DNA of 64,000 nucleotides from Octopus vulgaris. Taxonomy: Eukaryota. Numbering within the stretch: position 1 is the stretch's first letter; every line of letters begins with the position of its first letter. The DNA lies in assembly GCA_951406725.2 (NCBI GenBank), contig OX597825.1, forward strand, positions 19,592,001 through 19,656,000, read 5' to 3'. Positions 13,274 through 26,334 of this stretch are shown here, in pieces. Made by a program: the position numbers and the translations under genes. The notes beneath the pieces were generated by a model, which was not told the DNA's origin, searched no databases, and was given only the letters and a program-made list of their open reading frames with translations.

Positions 13274-13564
13274 CTTCTCGAGTCAAGACAGGCTCAAAGT
13301 GCCGGTTTCCCGGTTTCCTTGGCGTATAGGTTCCCCACCTGGACAGGACGCCGGTCCGTCGCAGATGAGCTGCAAGATGCAGGAGGAAAGTGTGATAGAA
13401 AGTTGTGGCGAAGGAGTCAGCAGAAGTTCACCATTACCTTCTGCCAGAGCCATGTGGAGCTTAGGTGTATCGCTTATAAACACACACATGGCCCAGTCTG
13501 AGATTTGAACCCGCGATCCCTCGACCAGGAGTCCACTGCTCTAACCACTAGGATATGTGCCTCC
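13270..13564 (-). mobile_element. SINE, head B + tail 2 (OR-like)
   Basis: Head homologous to 15854; tail GGACCGGCGTCCTGTCCAGGTGGGGAAC..GAAACCGGGAAACCGG shared with 26335 and 42662. Confidence 0.88.
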
Positions 13565-14144
13565 ACACATATGTGTGTTTTGTACTCCCCCTGCCTTCGT
13601 CTTTTGTTTATTTTCGTAAACTTTCCCTTTATATGTATATATATATATATATACATACATACATACACACACACGCGCATATATATATATATACACATAT
13701 TTTTATGCATATCCATATGATCTTTGAATATGTCTTTATACACAAACATGCGTGTGTGTGGTGTGTGCGCGTATGTGATGTCTGGTATGTGTGTGTGCGT
13801 GTGTATATAAATAGATTGATAGATGGATAGATAGAGGCATAGATAAATGCAGATGTATAGTTATATATGTATATATATATATATATATGTGCACGTGTGT
13901 ATGTAGTTTAAAATTTTCCTCAGAAAATGTAACATAATGCGTACTGACGTTTAATTACATAGATACGCATACAGACACACCACATACAAATATACACACT
14001 TATAAGCATGAGACGTGCATATAGCAAAATATGGGTTTATTATCACTGTTTCCTCCACACGAGCCCTCATTGTTATGGGGAATATCTGTACGAATAGCTA
14101 TGTATAAGGGATCGCGCGCGTCATCTTCGTTCTTGAATGCGCAA

Positions 14145-14150
14145 GCACAC

Positions 14151-14193
<43 letters not shown>

Positions 14194-14306
14194 GATTGAT
14201 GGACAGAGAGAGAGAGAGAGGAGAGCAAGAGGGAAAGGCAGAGAGGGGGAGAGCGAGAGACATATACATATACGCATATATAGTCGTTAATGTATATGGA
14301 TAAATA

Positions 14307-14339
<33 letters not shown>

Positions 14340-14438
14340 ACATGAATATATGTACGTATGTAATCATATATATATACACACATATGTATATACATATAGT
14401 CATCTATCTATCTATGTATCTATCTCTCTATCTTTATG

Positions 14439-14490
<52 letters not shown>

Positions 14491-14639
14491 TAACAAACAC
14501 ACTATGCATATCGTTCTGCACTCAGATATGTATGTATGTGTATATATGTGTGCACACACAAATCAAAACACAGCTATACACATTCATATACATATATTTA
14601 CACACACACACACAAACACCCATATATACGTATGTATAT

Positions 14640-14690
<51 letters not shown>

Positions 14691-14999
14691 CATACGCATA
14701 CATCGTCTCTCTCTCTATATATATATGATTAGAATATGCACGTATGTATTTAGCCGCCCCAATCCTCCGTTCTTTACATTTCATTACATATATACTTGTT
14801 AAAATCACGTAACTCTGTTTCTGTTAGTGGTCCAATCTGAAGAGACGTGACTGGGGCGATCAGAAATACTTCCATTCTCATCTAAGTAATAACAATTGTA
14901 TTTGTGCAGGAAATTACAGAAACGATGATTCTGCATTAAAGATCGATAGAAATCAAAAGTTCACAGGTACAAAATGAAATAAATTTTATATATACATAC

Positions 15000-15036
<37 letters not shown>

Positions 15037-15162
15037 CACGTACATATATATATGAGTGTGTTTGTGCCTGGTTTGTGTGTGTCTGCATAAGTATATAGAC
15101 ATACATTTACTGTAATAGGTAGACACCCATGAATGTACACACTCGCGCCCACACATACAAAG

Positions 15163-15225
<63 letters not shown>

Positions 15226-15280
15226 CATATATATATACACATATATACATGCTTATATATATATATATATATATATTTAT
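14145..15280. repeat. TA/CA/GA compound microsatellite field with a short unique interval (about 14760-14980)
   Basis: Direct reading. Confidence 0.9.
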
Positions 15281-15853
15281 ATCAAATATTATTAAGTAAG
15301 TAAATTTAGAGATATAATGGATATAAATTAATTCTTGATTAATTAACGTTGCCTACAATCGTTTCAATTTACACTCAATACAAATTACAAAATATATATA
15401 ATAATATAATTTTGTTGTGTTTTTTTTTAGATTTTGAGTGAAATATTTTCAGGGCAGAAAGGATTTTACCGAATTTTGATGTGAATCAGTTGAGGTACTC
15501 CAACAGAATATACACAGCATAGTGTTTTTATGATACTAGAACCAGGTGGTGGATTTTTTCAGTTAGTGAACTAGTAGAGAACAGAACATAACGATTCGTG
15601 GCATTTGTTAAAATCCACATTCTTATATGTGTACTTTTATAGATTTGCAATTGAAGCGTTCGCTTTGCAATGATATAGCGTTTTTTTTTTATTGAACTGG
15701 GCAGATTTTAGGATAATGTTTAAACAACACCGTTATTAAAAATGCCATTGCATGTCCTATTCATTCTTAGCAAGTTACAGATAACTATGATATAATTAAT
15801 AATAACAATTAATACTATTTTTAACTGTGGTATTAATCGTACTATATGTTTGT

Positions 15854-16240
15854 GGAGGCGCAATGGCCCAGTGGTTAGGGCAGCGGACTCGCGGTCATAG
15901 GATCGCGGTTTCGATTCCCAGATTGGGCGTTGTGAGTGTTTATTGAGCGAAAACACCTAAAAGCTCCACGAGGCTCCGGCAGGGGATGGTGGTGATCCCT
16001 GCTGTACTCTTTCACCACAACTTTCTCTCACTCTTACTTCCTGTTTCTGTTGTACCTGTATTTCAAGGAGCCGGCCTTGTCACTCTCTGTGTCACGCTGA
16101 ATATCCCCGAGAACTACGTTATGGGTGCACGTGTCTGTGGAGTGCTCAGCCACTTCCACGTTAATTTCAAGAGCAGGCTGTTCCGTTGATTCGGATCAAC
16201 CGGAACCCTCGTCGTCGTAACCGACGGAGTGCTTCCATCC
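15854..16240 (+). mobile_element. SINE, head B + tail 1 (OR-like), full length with 12-bp TSD
   Basis: A box TGGCCCAGTGG, B box GTTTCGATTCC. TSD ACTATATGTTTG at 15841-15852 and 16241-16252. Confidence 0.95.
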
Positions 16241-16490
16241 ACTATATGTTTGAATCGCAAACACGTCCAATGACAATTCATAGTGCATTTTTCTACGTAA
16301 TGATATAATAGAAATAAAGCAATATATTTTCTGTCACGATTTTCAACTATCAATGACAAAATACTGAAGTTCATGTTACTTCAAATTACACACACAACGA
16401 CACAGTGAGACTCAGAGATATGGACACACTATCATACATACACAAACACATAAAACATACATACATAGATACATACATAAATACATACAT

Positions 16491-16741
16491 ACTCTTTTGC
16501 TCTTTTAATTGTTTCAGGGATTTGACTGCAGCCATGCTGGAGCACCGCCTTTAGTCGAGTAAATCGATCCCAGGACTTATTTTTTGTAAGCCTCATACTT
16601 ATTGTATCGGTCTCTTTTGTCGAAGCGCTAATTTACGGGGACGTAAACATACCAGCATCGGTTGTCAAGCGATTTTAAGGGATAAACAGACTCACAATCA
16701 CACACATACATATACATACACACACACACACACACACACAT

Positions 16742-16802
<61 letters not shown>

Positions 16803-16951
16803 CGACGGGCTTCTTTCAGATTCCCTCTAACAAAACACTCACAAAGCTTTGGTCGGCCCGAAGACACTTACCCAAGGTGACACGCAGTGTGACTGAATCT
16901 AGAAACATGTGATCGTAAGCAAGCTACTAACCACACACCCATTCCCGCGCC
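16491..16951 (-). mobile_element. SINE family A, full length
   Basis: Reverse complement matches the 24259 and 56765 copies, including the internal TA/TG microsatellite. Confidence 0.92.
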
Positions 16952-16971
16952 TTCATCCATCCATCCATACA

Positions 16972-17095
16972 TACAAAAATACCGTTGTTGATGTTGAAAT
17001 TCCAATGAAGGAGCCTTGGATCTAGGTTAGAAGAACCAGCTATTTCTCTATTGGTAAGAAATCTCGCAATAGAAGTGAACAATGAGTCACAAACA
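16972..17095 (+). mobile_element. Short insert bounded by (ATAC)n, possibly the 3' UTR of the ATAC-associated non-LTR element
   Basis: 120-bp non-repetitive block between CATACATAC and (ACAT)n. The family link is an inference. Confidence 0.4.
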
Positions 17096-17357
17096 TACAT
17101 ACATACATACATACATACAGACTGACAGACACGGATCACTCCTTGTTATGTTGGGGTACTTCTTTCTTCGATTTCGGAATTATAGAATCCGACACTAAGT
17201 GATATCTTAGATACTTCCACCAATTTAGAAATTTATTTAATTTCTGTTCACAGTGGTTCCTTACATGTGACTATGTAGACGTGTTATGCAGTTATGTAAC
17301 TTTATGCAATGAGGACTCGTTACTTAAATCTCAAACCAAATGTGTTGAGCAATACTT

Positions 17358-17359
<2 letters not shown>

Positions 17360-17440
<81 letters not shown>

Positions 17441-17475
17441 TGTGTGTGCATGTGTCTGTGTGTGCTTGTGTGTGT
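17360..17475. repeat. (TG)n microsatellite
   Basis: Direct reading. Confidence 0.97.
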
Positions 17476-20371
17476 AATAAGGAAGTTTAATTTGTTACAA
17501 TAGGTTGCTTTATATACACCAACGTATTATTTTCATAGATGTATATTTAGTCTCGATACTAAATCAGGCACAGCGGCCAGTAGTTTGAAATCACGATATA
17601 AGTAAATAGCTTCACATTCAGTGGGACTTATTAAGGATCATTTATTTCCGTCTATCAAAATTATTTGAGGCAGAAAACTTTATTGAAAAATGTAAAGAAA
17701 ATTATGGAGGTAATACCACCAATTTGACTGACGGACATGAATATCGAAAGGGATATAACTCCGCATACAGTCTTATGCATAACCCATACATTGGTATATA
17801 ACCACGGTATATTTGATACAGGTTTTAAGTGAGTAATTTTCTTCAAGCAATGGCTCTATTCTGTAATATATAATGGCATTGACAATCGGTAGTAAAACTT
17901 AGGGCTGTCGTAGATATTTAACAGTCTCCATTTATTATTTTTTTACTCTTCTCCTTGGAGTACTTTTATCTTATTTCATGATTTTATGCGTGATAAGCGC
18001 TACATGGCTTTTACGTTGATGATGATATTTTGTGGAAAATTTGAGAATTATGGCTTTTCTTTATGGGAGATATTTAATGAACGTAGTTTCCATTGCTAAC
18101 ACGAGTTGCTTTAGTTTTATGCTATTTTCTTGCACAAAGAGAATTTTCTGTCAGATCAGTTTGAAAATCTCTTTCTAAATTGGTTTACAGCGAGCATTGT
18201 GGATGTTTATGTTTCACAGATTTGGAATACTTTCCAAGAGATGTTAAGCTAGAAGTTCCGTTAACCTAGATATATTATCAGTTCTATGTTATTATAAGTG
18301 AAACTTTATACTTCTCGCCTTCAATTTCGATGAGCTTATATTTGAGTAGTGCACCATTAGTTCTATAAATTTAATATAAGCAAGACCGACAATACATTCT
18401 ACTTGTCAGTGTTCATTTCAGGACACATAACGCTGGAAATATTGGAGCTGCTCAAAAGGAATGAAGTATTCTATTTAATTCAGTTTGGTTGTATTCGTGT
18501 TCTCTTTCATTCTGAGCAAAATAATCTTATCTCTATTCTTGTACGAACCATTGTTTTGCATTGGTTTCTATATATAAAGTATTGTAACTCTGATTTCGGT
18601 ATCTCAAGCAATACCATATTTCACACCAATTATTTATCTGTCAGCTACTAATATGGAAATTTCCCAATTTTCCTTGAGATCCTTGTGGAATAATGTCGCA
18701 TGTGCGTTTTTATATGTCGATATTAATGTTCCAGGAAGCACCATACATAGAACTTCTGTACATACAGCACTTTTTCTGTGCTATGGCACTTTAAACAAGT
18801 TTCTCACTTGTAAAATCATACTGATATTCTTCCTTAAAATAATTGGTTAGCCTAGCCATTCTGATTACATTTATGTTGGATTGCTCTTCTGTATCCATGT
18901 TCATTCCGGTGTAATTTGCCGTACGTAGAGCTAAAGTTATGTGACGTTTTCTCTCTGGAAAATGACGTAAAAATGACGTAAAGAATTGTCTCTCTGTAAC
19001 AGCCTATTCACAAACTGTTGCACCAACACCTTTACGCCAGCTTTGTGTATAGACTTTGCAGAGTCTTTGAAATATGTTAGTTCGATGTGAATCATGTCCA
19101 AGCTGAACTCCTGCATGTATACGTTCACACGAAAGACATCAGTGAGAACGCAAGTCGAGAAAGTTAGTAACCTTCAGAGGTTGAAATAAAGAGAAAGCCA
19201 AACTAGCATAGCATCGAATTTTCCACGAAAAAGTAAGAGGTGTGAGATTAGAAATTGGAAGAGCTGTTTTCACTTTTCCTTCCCTTTAGATATAACAAAG
19301 ACATACAACAATCACCACCGCTGCCGTCACCACTACTGACCAAAACATCAACACCACGATCTCAGGGAGGGATGGTGAACCCTGCTGTACTCTTTCACTG
19401 CAACTTTCTCTCACTCTTTCTTCCTACTTCTGCCACATCAGTGAGAAAAGCGGAGATGTTTAAGTATCTCAAATGGAATTACAACCGTGTAAAAGGAATT
19501 ACAACCGTGTTTCGTGGTCTGCTACCACAACAGCTCCTTTATAGGATCCAGTTTAACTCACGACATCATCAAGAGGAACGACGTCCGGTTTCGGCCCCTA
19601 CCCCTCTACCATTTTGACGTGGCGGCCCCCTTCTTTCGGAGGTGTCTTCAGCTCTGGTGTTTGGTGCATGTCTTCTTTCTTCTTCTTTCTTCTGTTCCCT
19701 GGCCTCTTCGAAGTATCGTCAGCGAGTGTCAGCCTGTAACTGACTGCCTTGTAAAATTCTTCCCTTGAAATACCTGCTCATAGGCTCCAGCAGGCAGTCC
19801 TAGCTAGTTGTCACGTGACATTGTCTCACTGTAGTTGCAATTAGCAGCCCGAATACATACAGATGCATATGTCAACGTGAATGAATACACTCATATGAAT
19901 GCTTACTGTTATATCAGTTTACGTGTATTTTCGTTACAAAATTTTATAAAGAAAACCATATTTCGTAATGCCAGTTTATTATAAAATTATCGAGAAAAAA
20001 AATCATCATAGAATTAAATCAGTCAATCGGCTGAATATTGGTTGCCACGTAAACATATTATGGTTATCCACAAAGAATCATTTCCTTAGTTAAACATCAA
20101 ATAATTTATGGCTCATCGCTTATATTCGACGTTTATTGAGGCAATCGCTCATTGTTTCAGTAGCGTTTCTACGTCTTGTAATACATACTACTGCAATCGA
20201 ATATTGTATTCTGATATTGATCCTTAGCACACAGCTTCAATTATTTTAAATAAAGTCTCAGCGTATAGATTTTAAGAGGAAATCTATAGAACCGATATAA
20301 TTTTGGATTACATTTATTGTATTTTGGAAAGTTACAATTTGGTAACGATATTTTTCAAACTCTCTCTCTCC

Positions 20372-20443
<72 letters not shown>

Positions 20444-20501
20444 CAAGCACACAGAAACACATAGATATAATGGATGGATTGATTGATAGATAGATAGATA
20501 A

Positions 20502-20564
<63 letters not shown>

Positions 20565-20566
20565 TT

Positions 20567-20868
20567 CACAGTTCTATATTTAAGAGATGAGGAATTATGT
20601 TCAGTATTTACATTATTCATATTATTTACATTCGACGGATATGTGTCATCATCTTGTTTGTTGTTAACACAAAGTTTCGGCCCATATACCTTCCAGCCCT
20701 CTTCAGGTGTCTTGGGGAAATTTCGAACCTGGTTTCTCATTCCTAAGGTATTTTTTCTCGATGTTTATTTTTATCATTATTGTTATTGTTCAGGTCACTG
20801 CTTGGAATCGAACTCGGAATCTTGGGGTTGGTAGCCCACGCTCTTACCACTACGCCATATGTCCGTGG
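20567..20868 (-). mobile_element. tRNA-headed SINE-like element carrying a Penelope-type hammerhead motif
   Basis: Minus strand: TGGCGTAGTGG (A box)...GAGTTCGATTCC (B box), an AAT-rich linker, then GACAC CTGAAGA GGGCTGGAAGGTATATGGGCC GAAACTTT GTGTT. Confidence 0.75.
20664..20711 (-). ncRNA. Minimal type I hammerhead ribozyme motif (partly decayed)
   Basis: Stem I GACAC/GUGUU, core CUGAAGA and GAAA, stem II GGC/GCC, minimal stem III AACUUU (one change from the palindrome AACGUU). Confidence 0.6.
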
Positions 20869-21900
20869 GAATATTGCCAAGTGATGTATGCTTATTCGTG
20901 GATCACGAAGAGGCATATGACGGCATACCGTGGCATGCTGTGAAGGATTTTTCAGGAATCTGTGACTAACAGGCTATTTCAAGTTGCCGTGAACTTCCAT
21001 TACTACTGTTAATATACCTCTGTTCAGGTAAATAGAGCCGAAATTCTTGAACTTGAGTGTTGGACTTCGGTATGGGTGTATACTGTTACCAACGCAACAG
21101 TTGCCGAAGTGGTATCGCAATTGATTAGAGAATCGGCAGATATTTGCAGACGCCATGGTGTTGCTTGGCCCATTCAAAGATGATCTCCAGCATGCACCGA
21201 TTGGGTTCGCTGCCGAGAGTTGCATAGGAGGGATGAGTATTAGAGGTGCAAAAACTGAAACACTGTCCACCCCACCTAAGAAAACTCGTCCCAAAGCACT
21301 CTGAATTTTAGTGGAACATCAGTGAGAAAAGTGGAGAGGTTTAAGTATCTCACAGTCGTATTCACGAGTCATGAGAGGCAGTAGACATAATGAGATGCAA
21401 GAATTACAGGAGCACCAGCTCCCGCATTCGATCCAGAAGATGAGATGTTAGTAAAGAAAAAGTCAGACTCTCTATCTTCTGTTCCTCATCTATGACCATG
21501 AATGTTGGATAATCACCATAAGAGTATGATCACGACTAAAAGCGGTCGAAATAGGCTCCTTCTGAACGATCTCCGGATTAACGTTACTCAACAGGGTGCA
21601 GAGCATGAAGGTCAGTATGTCTGTCCAGGTTGAGTCGCTATTTCTCCGCATTGAGAGGTTACATGTGATTAAAATGCCACAGGGAAGAATCGCAAGACGG
21701 ATTCTTCAAGTCAAGACAACAACAGTTCTCGCTCTACCCCCAAGAAGAAGAACTGCATTTCTTGTTCTTAGGTTTAGAACATGAACGAGTTAGTTCTTGA
21801 ATATTCACAGTATCAGTTGGTCGTGTGCTTGAGAATCAATCTAGAAAATTTAATGATGATTGCTTCCGATAGGAACCTATGGAGGAGATGCCCGAGGGAG
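20866..21900 (+). pseudogene. Decayed RTE-clade (Rex3/Expander-like) LINE RT fragment
   Basis: Broken motifs in order: VDHEEAYDGIP, VGLRYGCILLP, IFADAMVLLG..DLQHA, VERFKYL, LIYDHECW, VESLFLRIER, MPQGRIARRILQ. Confidence 0.85.
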
Positions 21901-22259
21901 AAATCTATCCCCATGACACTTCGAGGAATAGTGGGCGGAGGAGATAGCTGGTTGGCTAGATGGCTCACTGGCTTATGGCTCGATGGCTGGATGATTGGAT
22001 GGATGGATGCAACATGATGAAAGCTGCGGTTCTACTCGTCTATCATATTACACATTGCCTTCGTTCATCTGATACCACTTGCTGTGGAGACGGAGTGTAT
22101 CAGTTTAGAATTAATAAACTGATTTCATATGTTATAGACTCCATCCATACAACATTTTGCGTATACATGTATCTACCTATCTTCATATCTGTCTGTCTAC
22201 GTCTCTATCACTCTCTCTATCTTTATCTATTTATGTCTCTACATACGTGTGTATATATA

Positions 22260-22301
22260 CTGTACATATGTGTGTGAATGTGCGTGTTTATATATATATG
22301 C

Positions 22302-22355
<54 letters not shown>

Positions 22356-22405
22356 CTATGTATGAACGTATGTGTATTTCTCTCTACCTCTTTCTCTCTC
22401 TCTCT

Positions 22406-22445
<40 letters not shown>

Positions 22446-22493
22446 AAGGGTGAAAAGGAACACACGAGTTGATATATATATATATATATACAT

Positions 22494-22536
<43 letters not shown>

Positions 22537-22570
22537 AAAAAAGGAGATGTCGAACACGAGTGGTGATATT

Positions 22571-22612
<42 letters not shown>

Positions 22613-22690
22613 ATATACATATATGCATACACACATTTATATATATATAGAATTTATGCATATATATAAATATAAATATATATATTATTA
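22260..22690. repeat. (TA)n field with short inserts
   Basis: Direct reading. Confidence 0.9.
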
Positions 22691-24258
22691 TTGATTTCTA
22701 TCTAAGAATGTCTAGCAATTGGCAGTATTATATAAAATGTTTGAATTAACGTGTAAAAGTATTTATAATATGGATGTATATGTACATACACGTATGCATC
22801 TATGTATATACACACGCACATCCGCTGACAGACATACACGACCGAGCACTCATTCTCTTTTATACACGCAAACACACATATACATATTGATTCGACGAAA
22901 AGCAAATTGCAATAAATGTCATATATAATAGATGTTTCTCTTGCATATTAACATTTTCTCTCGACATCATAGATTGGCATTTGAACAGAACGTTCAAAAG
23001 AGGAAAATAATATTTCATATACACTGCATATGTTGAGCATCATTCAGTTGCAGATAAGAATGAGTCCGTCGTATCAGTACTGAGTCTTGATTACTCATTA
23101 CATAACCCTGTTATATTTCCTTCTGCTGTTTAACAGGCATAACCCACGCAACACTCATGTAAATCTTACCTGATTCCGATAAGGATAATCCACAATTGAT
23201 TGCCGTCGGAGAAGTCTAGCAATTGGCAGTATTATATCAAATTTGTGTGAGATAAATAAAGTATTTATTGATTGATGTAGCTTGGAAAAAAAAATGGCGA
23301 ATGTTTGCTCTCGAGTTGGAAACGCTGTTGTGATATCAGGAAGTATCGTTTCATCAATTCTTTTTGATCGGTGGTATATGACGGATATGAAAGTCATTGC
23401 TATTGCATTCACGTTAAATGAAATATCTGTATAAAAGAACATCTATTATTTCATTCCTTGTTGTATATATACCTCATTCTTCTAATCACATATTCTTACT
23501 GTTTAACCGATAGACATTTATTAGACATTTATGTGTTCACACGAAAATTATATTGGAGAGCAAACTAATGGCTACAGCTAGCAATAAATTATACAAATGT
23601 GTAATACCTGAATTTTTATTCTGTTATAAGAGCAGCGTAGAATGGCGCTAAGCATGGTTTTATTCAATTATCACACCCACAATACGTGTGTGGAAAGAAT
23701 ATATTACTAGAAGCAACAGCTCACTTATTAAAGAATGAAGATCATACTAAATTTGAAAACGAAAAATCGCTTCGAATAATGCTTTTTTTTCCCCATATAC
23801 CTCAACAAAATTAATATCTGAAATTACAGTTTCTTTGATAACTTGTTAATTTTTATTTAAGAATAATTTTTTTTTAAGTAATATACTTTGCTGAGATCGT
23901 TTTCGTTTTGCTAAAGGTAATGAGCGCTTGTGCAGAAGACGAAAGAATCACGCATAAGAAGAAAGAATGCTGCTGATAGAATTCAGAGACAATGCAATTA
24001 AAGTATCTTACTTTGGTATTGCGTTTTAAGAAATCGCAAGCGATTCGTCAAGGCCTTTATTATACTATCCGAACCACATGGAAACAATGCTTTTCTCATT
24101 TTCTGTTTCCTTCAATCTCAAATTCTTCATTGAATTAAAACAAAACAATATTCTGAAATTGGCTTATCTATACAAATTACGCGTGAAATCTACCTTGGCA
24201 ATCTTACTAAAGAAATCCGTCTAGAAAAAGATATCTCTTAAACTTATGATGTATTATA

Positions 24259-24519
24259 GGCGCAGGAGTAGCTGTGTGGTAAGTAGCTTGCTTACCAACC
24301 ATATGGTTCCGGGTTCAGTCCCACTGCGTGGCACCTTGGGCAAGTGTTTTCTACTATAGCTTCGGGCCGACCAAAGCCTTGTGAGTGGATGAGTGGATGA
24401 GTGGATTTGGTAGACGGAAACTGGAAGAAGCCTGTCGTATATATGCATATATATTTTTTTTTTCTAGTTTCAGCTCAGAGCTGCGGCCATGCTGATGCAC
24501 CATATATATATATATATAA

Positions 24520-24569
<50 letters not shown>

Positions 24570-24786
24570 ATGTTTGTGTGTCTTAAGTTTGTCCCCTAGC
24601 ATTGCTTGACAACCGATGCTGGTGTGTTTATGTCCCCGTCACTTAGCGGTTCGGCAAAAGAGACCGATATAATAAGTACTGGGCTTACAAAGAATACGTT
24701 CCGGGGTCGAGTTGCTCGACAAAAGGCGGTGCCCCAGAATGGCCGCAGTCAAATGACTGAAACAAGTAAAAGAGTAAAGAGAGAGT
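24259..24786 (+). mobile_element. SINE family A, full length, young, with a nested CR1 3'-end insert
   Basis: Complete head, body and tail; antisense CR1 tail at 24454-24501 within the internal (TA)n. Confidence 0.95.
24454..24501 (-). mobile_element. Extremely 5'-truncated CR1 LINE 3' end
   Basis: GGTGCATCAGCATGGCCGCAGCTCTGAGCTGAAACTAG(A)n matches the CR1 tail at 35464-35505. Confidence 0.8.
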
Positions 24787-25106
24787 ATTAATAAGTCGGT
24801 AGTTACAAAATTTAACGAATGTGCACATTAGTCACAATCCACTATATTTGCTGCCTAGCGATAGAAGTTCCTAGTAAAATTGTATACCCAAAGAAAATGC
24901 GTTTATTAGTTGCAAATGTTTCATTTTGCAAGCATATGTAATATTAAAACGTCACACATCTTCCAGATTTTTAGATTATTGAGTAAGAGCTAACTAACTT
25001 TCAATTAAGAATACCTGAATGACAAATATGATTGCAGGCGTTTTTACACGTATAGCAAGCACATCATTTAAAATTTCTTAACAGACTATATTCATCAATA
25101 TATTTA

Positions 25107-25135
<29 letters not shown>

Positions 25136-25137
<2 letters not shown>

Positions 25138-25523
25138 GAATGGAAGCACTCTGTCGGGTACGACGACGAGGTTCCGGTTGATCCGAATCAACGGAACAGC
25201 CTGCTCGTGAAATTAACGTGGAAGTGGCTGAGCACTCCACAGACACATGTACCCTTAACGTAGTTCTCGGGGATATTCAGCGTGACACAGAGAGTGACAA
25301 GGCCGACCCTTTTGAAATTCAGGTACAACAGAAACAGGAAGTAAGAGTGAGAGAAAGTTGCGGTGAAAGAGTACAGCAGGGATCACCACCATCCCCTGCC
25401 GGAGCCTCGTGGAGCTTTAGGTGTTTTCGCTCAATAAACAGTCACAACGCCCGGTCTGGGAATCGAAACCGCGATCCTATGACCGCGAGTCCGCTGCCCT
25501 AACCACTGGGCCATTGTGCCTCC
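25136..25523 (-). mobile_element. SINE, head B + tail 1, full length, inserted in (TAA)n
   Basis: Reverse complement of 15854-16240; AAATAATAATAATAAT on both flanks. Confidence 0.95.
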
Positions 25524-25546
25524 AAATAATAATAATAATGAATGAT

Positions 25547-25617
<71 letters not shown>

Positions 25618-25632
25618 TGATAATAATAATAA

Positions 25633-25940
25633 TAGAATTATCGAATAGAGGCTTGATTGAATAAATTGAAACGGAAGGATGCAAATACTTTACTATACGA
25701 GAGTTCAATGAGATAATGGAAAAGGAAATGAAAGAGCAGCTGAGGATGGAGTATTTCCGAAGACTGAAGTTAGTGTTGCTCTCAAAATTAAGTGGATGGA
25801 GTAAAATCCAAGCAGTTAATAAGTGGGCGATAGCATCACTTCTGCATGGAGCGGGAAATATAAAATGTCAAAAGAGAGAAGTGAAGAAAATGGATACCAA
25901 GACCAGAAAAAAGGTGAGAGTACACGGAACCTTCCACCCT
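25633..25940 (+). pseudogene. R4/Dong-clade non-LTR RT/thumb fragment flanked by (TAA)n
   Basis: EGCKYF..EKEMKEQLRMEYFRRLKLVLLSKLSGWSKIQAVNKWA..GAG..MDTKTRK..HGTFHP resembles the R4/Dong post-RT region. Confidence 0.85.
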
Positions 25941-25961
25941 AATAATAATAATAATAATAGG

Positions 25962-26281
25962 TGAGGGCGCGTGGCTTAGTGGTTAGGGCATTCGGCTCAT
26001 GATCGTAAGGTTGTGAGTTCGATTCCCGGCGACGCGTTGTGTCCTTGAGCAAGACACTTTATTTCACGTTGCTCCAGTCCACTCAGCTGGCAAAAATGAG
26101 TTGTACTTGTATTTCAAAGGGTCAGCCTTGTCACTCTCTGTGTCACGCTGATTATCCCCGAGAACTACGTTAAGGGTACACGTGTCTGTGGAGTGCTCAG
26201 CCATTTGCACGTTAATTTCACGAGCAAGCTGTTCCGTTGATCGTATCAGCTGGGACCCTCGTCGTCGTAACCGGCGGAGTC
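25962..26281 (+). mobile_element. SINE, head C + tail 1, full length
   Basis: A box TGGCTTAGTGG, B box GAGTTCGATTCC, CORE-like TTGTGTCCTTGAGCAAGACACTT; tail shared with 15854. Confidence 0.95.
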
Positions 26282-26334
26282 TTTTTTTTTAAATAATAAT
26301 AATAATAATAATAATAATATAAATAGATACATAA

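Noticed and set aside
15854-15925. tRNA genes at SINE heads
   Set aside because: A/B boxes continue into SINE bodies with TSDs; no complete cloverleaf with terminator.
17660-19130. Possible ancient CR1-like RT on the minus strand
   Set aside because: Only faint echoes (YFKDSAK, LFHKDL); too degraded to call without a translated search.
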